DNA of 32,000 bases from assembly GCF_052908335.1 (NCBI RefSeq), contig NZ_CM128606.1; one strand, written 5' to 3'. How positions within the stretch are numbered: position 1 is the stretch's first letter; the number at the start of each line of letters is the position of its first letter. Both the position numbers and the translations under genes were made by a program. Below, in pieces: positions 9,797-24,585 of this stretch. A model generated the notes under the pieces. It saw only the letters and a list, made by a program, of their open reading frames with translations, searched no databases and was not told the origin of the DNA.

Positions 9797-11149
9797 ATGC
9801 CAGGAGTGTTTTGCTTGATTCGTTTTATTATTTCGCTTCTGTTTTTGTTCTTTTCTTCGCTTTCTTTTGCTGAGGAGAAAGAAGATCCGGATAAGCTTGT
9901 TCAGTGTTTTGGCCGTTTCCACTGCAGAACAGCTTATTCAGATGCGGGGGCATCGATTAAATTAGCCAGGGGAGCTGGTCATATTTATTGTGGTTCCGGT
10001 AGTTACGATGCGTGCTCCGGAATAATTCATTATTGCGGTAATAGGCTATCAGACTCGTCTCAAGCGCCTTCCACCGTTGGGGTTTTTGTCCATGCCCGGT
10101 GGTTCGCATATAAAGTCTGGGATTTAGAGAAGCGAGAGTGGAGTACCTGCACTCTTCAATATCAGGGTGGTGAGGGGGATTTGACACCTGAATATAATAA
10201 GCCGCCAACTGACGAGATTTGTCTTTCTCGTCCGGTTCTTGATGGTATGACTTTTCCTGGTGTTTATAAAGGTGATGACGGGACCCGTTATGTTAATGTG
10301 CAGGGGTGTATTTATGAGGCAACCGGCAATCCTTTTATTTGTAATCCCGATGATGATACGGTTTGTACTGCCAACTGGAAACCAGTTGCTGTAGATCCTG
10401 CATTCTCCGATGATAAGGAGGATGGCGGTAGCTCAGGTGGCGGCAGTTCCGGTGGTGGTAACTCTGGCGGCGGTAGCTCAGGTGGTGGCAGTTCTGGCGG
10501 TGGTAGCTCAGGTGGCGGCAGTTCCGGTGGTGGTAACTCAGGCGGTGGTAGCATAGGTGGTGGCAGTTCCGGTGGTGGTAACTCAGGCGGCGGCAGCTCA
10601 GGTGGTGGCAGTTCCGGTGGTGGTAACTCAGGCGGCGGCAGCTCAGGTGGTGGTAGTTCCGGTGGCGGTAGCTCAGGCGGTGGCAGTTCCTCCGGCGACG
10701 GCTGGCTTGGTGATATTCTTGGCTGGTTGCAGCGTATTTGGGTTTCAGTGAATGATTTAAATAATGCTTTTTCTGTTTCTCAGGATGATATTACCAGTGC
10801 GGTTAGTTCTTATGATTCACAGTTAAATGAATTAATTCATTCTGTAACGCCTGAACAGGATGATATGTCTTCATTTGCTGACAGGCTTTTCAGCCTTCTT
10901 CCTGATGAGTGGCTTTATATTAATTTTGATAAATTACTTTTAACTGGTGAACTGCGTCGTTCTGGTGCTCAGCCAGTTCAGATTGAATTTCCGGGAATAA
11001 ATGGGTTGTATTTTACAATTGACACATCTGATTTTGCTTCAGTTTATGATGACATTATCAGGCCTTTATTAGAGTATGCTCTTTATGCATTAACGACTTT
11101 GCGTTGTTATTTTATTGTTCGTCGTGTTCTTTTTGTTGACAGGGGGTAA
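9797..11149 (+). CDS. pIII-like adsorption / minor coat protein (450 aa) with a Gly/Ser-rich linker
   Basis: It has a signal peptide (...LFLFFSSLSFA/EEKED), a Cys-rich N-terminal domain, 18 GGG(S/N)S units and a hydrophobic C-terminal anchor (LLEYALYALTTLRCYFIV). This is the domain plan of Ff g3p. Confidence 0.75.
   Translation: MPGVFCLIRFIISLLFLFFSSLSFAEEKEDPDKLVQCFGRFHCRTAYSDAGASIKLARGAGHIYCGSGSYDACSGIIHYCGNRLSDSSQAPSTVGVFVHARWFAYKVWDLEKREWSTCTLQYQGGEGDLTPEYNKPPTDEICLSRPVLDGMTFPGVYKGDDGTRYVNVQGCIYEATGNPFICNPDDDTVCTANWKPVAVDPAFSDDKEDGGSSGGGSSGGGNSGGGSSGGGSSGGGSSGGGSSGGGNSGGGSIGGGSSGGGNSGGGSSGGGSSGGGNSGGGSSGGGSSGGGSSGGGSSSGDGWLGDILGWLQRIWVSVNDLNNAFSVSQDDITSAVSSYDSQLNELIHSVTPEQDDMSSFADRLFSLLPDEWLYINFDKLLLTGELRRSGAQPVQIEFPGINGLYFTIDTSDFASVYDDIIRPLLEYALYALTTLRCYFIVRRVLFVDRG
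10424..10696 (+). repeat. 15-bp coding tandem repeat (GGGSS/GGGNS linker), about 18 units
   Basis: GGTGGYGGYAGYTCA-type units with alternating synonymous codons. It is 30 bp shorter than the array in copy 2. Confidence 0.9.
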
Positions 11150-11151
11150 TA

Positions 11152-12722
<1,571 letters not shown>

Positions 12723-12803
12723 GACAGAGGACACTCCGCTCGCCGCAGACCCAGCGACCGAACGTAGTGAGCGAGTGGTCGAGGAAGCGGAATATCTTCA
12801 TGA

Positions 12804-14042
<1,239 letters not shown>

Positions 14043-14100
14043 GTTCCGTCTGAGGTGGGATTATCAGGACGCGGCATCTCAGTTTACCCACCACAACGCC

Positions 14101-14194
14101 AGTGCGCATAATGTGACACGCGTTATGTTGAAAAGGCCGCTGCGATACTCTCCACCGCAGCGGCCTTTTTATACATAACGTCATTGTGCGCACT
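14101..14194 (+). other. Inter-copy attP-type site (two inverted dif-like sites flanking a stem-loop)
   Basis: Identical to 5601-5694, and preceded here by phage sequence rather than chromosomal sequence. Confidence 0.8.
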
Positions 14195-14199
14195 GAACC

Positions 14200-14355
14200 T
14201 TAAAGGATTTCAGTGTCCTTACTTAGTTTGTTGTGTATGGTCATCACCAACGGTGGGACAAGCGTTATCAGGCTGAATATTGTCATGCCTGTGATGCTGC
14301 CAACAACAAAATGCTTTATCAGCAGGTCAAGAATTAAGTCACTGGTTGTCTGCAT
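14200..14355 (-). CDS. Small hydrophobic protein (51 aa), copy 2
   Basis: Identical to 5700-5855 (offset +8500). Confidence 0.45.
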   Translation of the reverse strand: MQTTSDLILDLLIKHFVVGSITGMTIFSLITLVPPLVMTIHNKLSKDTEIL

Positions 14356-14406
14356 ATTGCTTCTAGCAATCTTCGTATCGATAGGTAACTATGATGTTAT
14401 TTTTTT
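14354..14406. repeat. About 50-bp intergenic module, copy a of prophage 2
   Basis: Identical to 5854-5906. Confidence 0.8.
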
Positions 14407-14585
14407 GTTGCATCCGTCTTTGCAAATTTCCTGTAGTCATCTTCTGTTATAGACTCCAGTCCTTTTGCGATTATCCATTCTAAAACTTTGGTATCTTTTA
14501 CTGGTATTGCCAGTGTTGTTACCACTTTTACAGTTTCTTTCTCTACCTTTCTCCATAAAACATCGTTTATGTGCTTTGTTGGCAT
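14397..14585 (-). CDS. Small ribbon-helix-helix-like protein A, copy 2
   Basis: Identical to 5897-6085 (offset +8500). Confidence 0.6.
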   Translation of the reverse strand: MPTKHINDVLWRKVEKETVKVVTTLAIPVKDTKVLEWIIAKGLESITEDDYRKFAKTDATKK

Positions 14586-14641
14586 TTTTACTACCTCTGT
14601 TTGATCTTTGTCAGCCCGTCTGTTCGATGCCGGGAAAGGAA

Positions 14642-14857
14642 TCACATTGCTCTTTTTTTCTTAAGTTCTTCTCTGCTTATTAAATCTTTCACGGCCTCAT
14701 CTAAGTAATTGTCTATTAAGTGATTAACTATTTCAGATGGTTTTAGTATCTCACCGGTCTTATTGCCGATTTCTAGCACTCTTCGTTTTAGCTCCAATTT
14801 TCTGTCTTCGTTGATTCTTACAGTTGTGTCTCCGCGCTTTGTTTCTTTTTTCATCAC
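14642..14857 (-). CDS. Small ribbon-helix-helix-like protein B, copy 2
   Basis: Identical to 6142-6357 (offset +8500). Confidence 0.65.
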   Translation of the reverse strand: MMKKETKRGDTTVRINEDRKLELKRRVLEIGNKTGEILKPSEIVNHLIDNYLDEAVKDLISREELKKKRAM

Positions 14858-14881
14858 AGTTTACCTCTATGTCCTGTCAAT

Positions 14882-14936
14882 ATATTGCTTCTTAGGAATC
14901 TTCGTATCGATAGGTAACTACTATGTTATTTTTTTT
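14882..14936. repeat. About 50-bp intergenic module, copy b of prophage 2
   Basis: Identical to 6382-6436. Confidence 0.8.
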
Positions 14937-15108
14937 GGTTTCTTTGGTGGATCATGTCTTGTTTTGCGTCGTTTAAGTAGTTTTTTATCATAAAGTGTAC
15001 AACTTCCGACCATGTAACTATTTGCCCTGTTTTTTGGCTTATCTCAAGGGCTATCCTAGTAATATCCAGATATGTTGATTCTGTAATTGCTATTGCCTTT
15101 CTTTTCAT
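14926..15108 (-). CDS. Small ribbon-helix-helix-like protein C, copy 2
   Basis: Identical to 6426-6608 (offset +8500). Confidence 0.65.
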   Translation of the reverse strand: MKRKAIAITESTYLDITRIALEISQKTGQIVTWSEVVHFMIKNYLNDAKQDMIHQRNQKK

Positions 15109-15122
15109 TCGCTCATCTCCAC

Positions 15123-17223
<2,101 letters not shown>

Positions 17224-17253
17224 CTGAATTTTTAACATTGAGGAGTCTGATTT

Positions 17254-17679
17254 ATGAATCAAATTTATGACAGTTTTCCGTTTCCTTCCCCTGAGGGTTT
17301 TACTGCAGGTATGACAATGGCGGGATTTTTTATTCACGCCACTGTCATAAATGATGAGGAGTTAAAACCCACGGGTTCTCATTATAACCCTGAGGCTAAA
17401 CCCAAATATGCCATTGTTATTGGCTATCCGTATGAGGACCGAAAATTAAAAGTCCGCCGTGAGGAGCATGAGCGATTTTCCTGTACTGAGGAGGATTTTA
17501 AATTTTTTAATTCATGTCCTGATTTGCAGGGCAAACCTGTTTATCTCACGGTGGATGTTAACTCATGGTCGACAGGCTCTGAACGTCATGGTGTCTGGTA
17601 TCGTTTTATTTCCGGCTCCATGAAACGTTTTGACGGTCAGCCGCTGGGTGCACTGCCCGCAGGTAAAGAAAAAGGCTGA
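17254..17679 (+). CDS. Hypothetical 141-aa protein (candidate ssDNA-binding protein), copy 2
   Basis: Identical to 8754-9179. Confidence 0.5.
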   Translation: MNQIYDSFPFPSPEGFTAGMTMAGFFIHATVINDEELKPTGSHYNPEAKPKYAIVIGYPYEDRKLKVRREEHERFSCTEEDFKFFNSCPDLQGKPVYLTVDVNSWSTGSERHGVWYRFISGSMKRFDGQPLGALPAGKEKG

Positions 17680-17683
17680 TGAT

Positions 17684-17824
17684 ATGTCTGACGCTGATTT
17701 TCTGAACTTTGTTTTATTTGCTGCGCCTGCAATGATTTTATTTTCTTCAGGTTTTGGCATCGGAATAAAACTGATTCGCGCCTGTGACTCACAAAGCATT
17801 ACTGTTCAGCGTTATTATGACTGA
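17684..17824 (+). CDS. Small hydrophobic protein (46 aa), copy 2
   Basis: Identical to 9184-9324. Confidence 0.5.
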   Translation: MSDADFLNFVLFAAPAMILFSSGFGIGIKLIRACDSQSITVQRYYD

Positions 17825-17987
17825 ATTTGATTTCAGCGGTGTTTTATCCGCACTGAATTCTGGCGTACAGGACGGAGAACTTTACTGGGCCGTTCTGTAT
17901 GTCTGGATTGTCTGCTGGCTTCTTGGCTTTGGCCTTGGTGTTATTTTCACTCTGGTCTGCCGGATGTTCAGCGATGCTGTTAATTAA
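17817..17987 (+). CDS. Small hydrophobic protein (56 aa), copy 2
   Basis: Identical to 9317-9487. Confidence 0.5.
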   Translation: MTEFDFSGVLSALNSGVQDGELYWAVLYVWIVCWLLGFGLGVIFTLVCRMFSDAVN

Positions 17988-17993
17988 TTTTAA

Positions 17994-18254
<261 letters not shown>

Positions 18255-18269
18255 TAGTTATTTAACGAC

Positions 18270-18292
18270 AGCGCCCTTCGGGGCGCTTTTTT
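18270..18292 (+). terminator. Rho-independent terminator after the major coat gene, copy 2
   Basis: AGCGCCC-TTCG-GGGCGCT followed by a T-run, identical to copy 1. Confidence 0.85.
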
Positions 18293-18296
18293 AATC

Positions 18297-19679
18297 ATGC
18301 CAGGAGTGTTTTGCTTGATTCGTTTTATTATTTCGCTTCTGTTTTTGTTCTTTTCTTCGCTTTCTTTTGCTGAGGAGAAAGAAGATCCGGATAAGCTTGT
18401 TCAGTGTTTTGGCCGTTTCCACTGCAGAACAGCTTATTCAGATGCGGGGGCATCGATTAAATTAGCCAGGGGAGCTGGTCATATTTATTGTGGTTCCGGT
18501 AGTTACGATGCGTGCTCCGGAATAATTCATTATTGCGGTAATAGGCTATCAGACTCGTCTCAAGCGCCTTCCACCGTTGGGGTTTTTGTCCATGCCCGGT
18601 GGTTCGCATATAAAGTCTGGGATTTAGAGAAGCGAGAGTGGAGTACCTGCACTCTTCAATATCAGGGTGGTGAGGGGGATTTGACACCTGAATATAATAA
18701 GCCGCCAACTGACGAGATTTGTCTTTCTCGTCCGGTTCTTGATGGTATGACTTTTCCTGGTGTTTATAAAGGTGATGACGGGACCCGTTATGTTAATGTG
18801 CAGGGGTGTATTTATGAGGCAACCGGCAATCCTTTTATTTGTAATCCCGATGATGATACGGTTTGTACTGCCAACTGGAAACCAGTTGCTGTAGATCCTG
18901 CATTCTCCGATGATAAGGAGGATGGCGGTAGCTCAGGTGGTGGCAGTTCCGGTGGTGGTAACTCAGGCGGCGGTAGCTCAGGTGGTGGCAGTTCTGGCGG
19001 TGGTAGCTCAGGTGGTGGCAGTTCTGGCGGTGGTAGCTCAGGTGGCAGCAGTTCCGGTGGTGGTAACTCAGGCGGCGGCAGCTCAGGTGGTGGCAGTTCT
19101 GGCGGTGGTAACTCAGGCGGCGGCAGCTCAGGTGGTGGCAGTTCCGGTGGTGGTAACTCAGGCGGCGGCAGCTCAGGTGGTGGTAGTTCCGGTGGCGGTA
19201 GCTCAGGCGGTGGCAGTTCCTCCGGCGACGGCTGGCTTGGTGATATTCTTGGCTGGTTGCAGCGTATTTGGGTTTCAGTGAATGATTTAAATAATGCTTT
19301 TTCTGTTTCTCAGGATGATATTACCAGTGCGGTTAGTTCTTATGATTCACAGTTAAATGAATTAATTCATTCTGTAACGCCTGAACAGGATGATATGTCT
19401 TCATTTGCTGACAGGCTTTTCAGCCTTCTTCCTGATGAGTGGCTTTATATTAATTTTGATAAATTACTTTTAACTGGTGAACTGCGTCGTTCTGGTGCTC
19501 AGCCAGTTCAGATTGAATTTCCGGGAATAAATGGGTTGTATTTTACAATTGACACATCTGATTTTGCTTCAGTTTATGATGACATTATCAGGCCTTTATT
19601 AGAGTATGCTCTTTATGCATTAACGACTTTGCGTTGTTATTTTATTGTTCGTCGTGTTCTTTTTGTTGACAGGGGGTAA
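18297..19679 (+). CDS. pIII-like adsorption protein, 460-aa allele with a longer Gly/Ser linker
   Basis: It matches copy 1 outside the linker. The linker has 2 extra pentapeptide units and a different unit order. Confidence 0.75.
   Translation: MPGVFCLIRFIISLLFLFFSSLSFAEEKEDPDKLVQCFGRFHCRTAYSDAGASIKLARGAGHIYCGSGSYDACSGIIHYCGNRLSDSSQAPSTVGVFVHARWFAYKVWDLEKREWSTCTLQYQGGEGDLTPEYNKPPTDEICLSRPVLDGMTFPGVYKGDDGTRYVNVQGCIYEATGNPFICNPDDDTVCTANWKPVAVDPAFSDDKEDGGSSGGGSSGGGNSGGGSSGGGSSGGGSSGGGSSGGGSSGGSSSGGGNSGGGSSGGGSSGGGNSGGGSSGGGSSGGGNSGGGSSGGGSSGGGSSGGGSSSGDGWLGDILGWLQRIWVSVNDLNNAFSVSQDDITSAVSSYDSQLNELIHSVTPEQDDMSSFADRLFSLLPDEWLYINFDKLLLTGELRRSGAQPVQIEFPGINGLYFTIDTSDFASVYDDIIRPLLEYALYALTTLRCYFIVRRVLFVDRG
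18924..19226 (+). repeat. 15-bp coding tandem repeat (GGGSS/GGGNS linker), about 20 units
   Basis: 303 bp here versus 273 bp in copy 1. Confidence 0.9.
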
Positions 19680-19681
19680 TA

Positions 19682-21252
<1,571 letters not shown>

Positions 21253-21263
21253 AGAGTTTAACT

Positions 21264-21326
21264 CGTCAAATACTAAATCGTGGGGCCCCGCTGGCCTGCC
21301 AGTGGGTTCCGATTTAGTGATTGACG
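21264..21326 (+). other. 63-nt extended hairpin, present only in copy 2 (candidate structured RNA/DNA element)
   Basis: The outer arms are CGTCAAATACTAAATCG (21264-21280) and CGATTTAGTGATTGACG (21310-21326), paired at 15 of 17 positions. The inner stem is CCCGCTGGC (21287-21295) with GCCAGTGGG (21298-21306). GGGGCCCC lies at 21282-21289. Confidence 0.5.
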
Positions 21327-21352
21327 ACACTCAGGAAAGATACCCTTGATGA

Positions 21353-21399
21353 GGGTGATGGTTCACGCAGTGGGCCATCGCCCTGCTAAGCGGGTTTTT
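21353..21399 (+). terminator. Stem-loops followed by T5 just upstream of the copy-2 secretin gene (terminator/attenuator-like)
   Basis: GGGTGATGG (21353-21361) pairs with CCATCGCCC (21375-21383), with one G-U pair. A short CCCTGC-TAA-GCGGG stem follows, then TTTTT (21395-21399). Confidence 0.3.
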
Positions 21400-21404
21400 C
21401 CTGA

Positions 21405-22637
<1,233 letters not shown>

Positions 22638-22695
22638 GTGCCGTCTGAGATGGGATTATCAGGACGCGGCATCTCAATTTAGCTACTACAACGTC

Positions 22696-22723
22696 AGTGC
22701 GCATAATGTATATTATGTTAAAT
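22696..22723 (+). other. dif: dif (XerC/XerD chromosome dimer-resolution site) / attR
   Basis: AGTGCGCATAA-TGTATA-TTATGTTAAAT matches the E. coli dif core as I remember it (GGTGCGCATAATGTATATTATGTTAAAT) at 27 of 28 positions. It lies at the prophage-chromosome boundary. Confidence 0.85.
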
Positions 22724-22858
22724 CATGTCTGAGTGATGCGAAGTGCTTTTCTGGTAGTCGTTATTCGTTCAGGGTTCAAGAACTTAAGCCTCTCCTCTTT
22801 CATAATTGGCCTGTGCATGGAGAAATAGCCTGGTTATTCCCTGCCCCATGCTAAGAGC

Positions 22859-22883
22859 GCAGTGTCTGTCGCATAGACACTGC
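22859..22883. other. 9-bp perfect stem-loop in the dif-yneL spacer
   Basis: GCAGTGTCT-GTCGCAT-AGACACTGC. Its function is unknown. Confidence 0.3.
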
Positions 22884-22936
22884 ATACGAAAACACCAGAG
22901 GGTGCTGTTACTTATTTAAGGACGGATCAAGCGGGA

Positions 22937-23127
22937 ATGAGTCCACTCCGGTATCAGAAATGGCTACGTCTCAATGAAGTCAGGCGACCGATGCTGAATG
23001 AACATTACGATGTCACCACAGCAGCCTATGCTGTCGGTTACGAAAGCTATCCCATTTCAGTCGGGAATATTCGCGGATGTTTGGAGAGTCACCCAAGAGA
23101 GATAGTTCGTTCTTCTCGCCTGGCTAA
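22937..23127 (+). pseudogene. yneL: AraC-family regulator remnant (C-terminal HTH fragment, frameshifted)
   Basis: [37 protein letters not shown] is followed, after a +1 frame change near 23046, by [19 protein letters not shown]..., the classic AraC C-terminal signature, with a stop at 23125-23127. There is no N-terminal domain. Confidence 0.7.
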
Positions 23128-23473
23128 AGCGGGTGACCTCAGCTCCGCCGTTGGCTTCAATATCAAGCTGAATGATTGTGATACCAATGTTTCCAGTAAT
23201 GCAGCTGTTGCATTCCTGGGTACTACTGTCACCAGTAATGACGATACGTTAGCGCTGCAGAGTTCAGCGGCAGGCTCTGCCCAAAATGTCGGTATTCAAA
23301 TTTTGGACCGTACGGGTGAGGTATTAATACTTGATGGGGCCACTTTTAGTGCTAAAACCGACTTGATTGATGGCACGAATATACTGCCATTCCAGGCTCG
23401 TTATATTGCTCTCGGGCAGTCCGTAGCTGGTACTGCAAACGCTGATGCGACCTTCAAAGTTCAATATCTATAA
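23105..23473 (+). pseudogene. fimA-like major fimbrial subunit, 3' fragment only
   Basis: [40 protein letters not shown]...[23 protein letters not shown]...[12 protein letters not shown]...[12 protein letters not shown] is collinear with the C-terminal two-thirds of E. coli FimA. The signal peptide and N-terminal donor strand are absent. Confidence 0.75.
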
Positions 23474-23824
23474 TTCAATCTTAAGGTGGCTATACGTCAT
23501 CTGAAATTGAAACAGGGTGTGTGTGGCATGGCTACGCACACCCGAGCAATTTACCAATATTCATCTCATTTTTAATGAGAAATGGTTTGTATTTGGAGCG
23601 CTATGAAAAATCACATAATATCTAAACTATCAATAAACAACAGTAGTTAAACTTACTGTTATTTAAAATATTTACTTTGTAGCAAGGTTTTCCTATTAAA
23701 AGAGAACCAACATTTATTACAAACGCATTAAGTCTGGAAACCCGGCGACTCGCCAATGTATTAGCAACATTAATCGATTGTCTGATGTAACGGTTTTCCC
23801 GCTTATCCTCTTAACACATGGAGA

Positions 23825-24544
23825 ATGCATCAGATGCAAACTACGCGTACCCCCTACTCTATTTCCTTTATGGCGACAGTGTTACTTTTATTGCTCTTTG
23901 CTTGCCATAGCACCGTTGCCAACGCAGCTGTCGCACTGGGTGCGACGCGGGTAATTTATCCGGCAAACCAGAAACAGGTTTTATTGCCTGTCACGAATAA
24001 TGATCCTGCCAGTGTCTATCTCATTCAGTCATGGATAGAAAATGCAGGTGACCAAAAAGACACCCAGTTTGTCATTACCCCACCGCTTTTTTCCATGCAA
24101 GGTAAAAAAGAGAATACGCTGCGGATAATCAACGCTACTAATCATCAGTTACCAGGCGACCGTGAAAGCCTGTTCTGGGTGAATGTTAAAGCTATTCCTG
24201 CTATGTAAAAAGACCAGAAGAATGAGAATACATTACAGCTGGCAATTATTAGCCGCATAAAAATGTTTTATCGCCCCACGAACCTGGCAATGGCACCTGA
24301 AGAAGCGCCTGCAATGCTTCGGTTTCGTCGCAGCGGTAGCAAACTCACGCTTATTAATCCAACGCCCTATTTCATTACCGTAACAAATATGAAAGCAGGA
24401 AATAGCAATCTCCCAAACACCATGGTGCCGCCAAAAGGTGAAGTATCGGTGGATATCACGCATGCTGCAACCGGGGATATCAGTTTTCAGACGATCAATG
24501 ATTACGGTGCATTAACTCCGCGTATTAAGGCAACCATGCAGTAA
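23825..24544 (+). pseudogene. FimC-like periplasmic fimbrial chaperone, inactivated by an in-frame TAA at 24206-24208
   Basis: The two ORFs (23825-24208 and 24263-24544) are in the same frame. Read through, the product is collinear with FimC: GATRVIYPANQKQV...[35 protein letters not shown]...INDYGALTP. Confidence 0.8.
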
Positions 24545-24585
24545 GCCAGTGACCTAATTAATAATAAACTCAATCGGAATTAATA

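Noticed and set aside
10312-10554. Minus-strand ORF encoding (PPEL)n, 80 aa
   Set aside because: It is the antisense reading of the 15-bp Gly/Ser coding repeat in the pIII-like gene. It is open only because of the repeat composition, and it has no start context.
10424-10696. Possible CRISPR-like or non-coding tandem array
   Set aside because: The period is 15 bp with no spacers. It lies in frame inside a long ORF and encodes a GGGSS linker typical of g3p-like proteins.
18910-19281. Plus-strand alternative-frame ORFs rich in VAVPVVVTQAAAAQ (also 10557-10751)
   Set aside because: These are out-of-frame readings of the same Gly/Ser repeat. The pIII-like frame, with its signal peptide, Cys-rich domain and anchor, explains the sequence.
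23474-23824. 350-bp AT-rich spacer between the fimA-like fragment and the chaperone, as a possible hidden gene (fimI-like) or sRNA
   Set aside because: It has only very short ORFs (for example 15 codons at 23603). It has one imperfect hairpin (GGGTGTGTG/CGCACACCC, 23515-23543) without a T-run. There is nothing I can support beyond a degenerate intergenic region.
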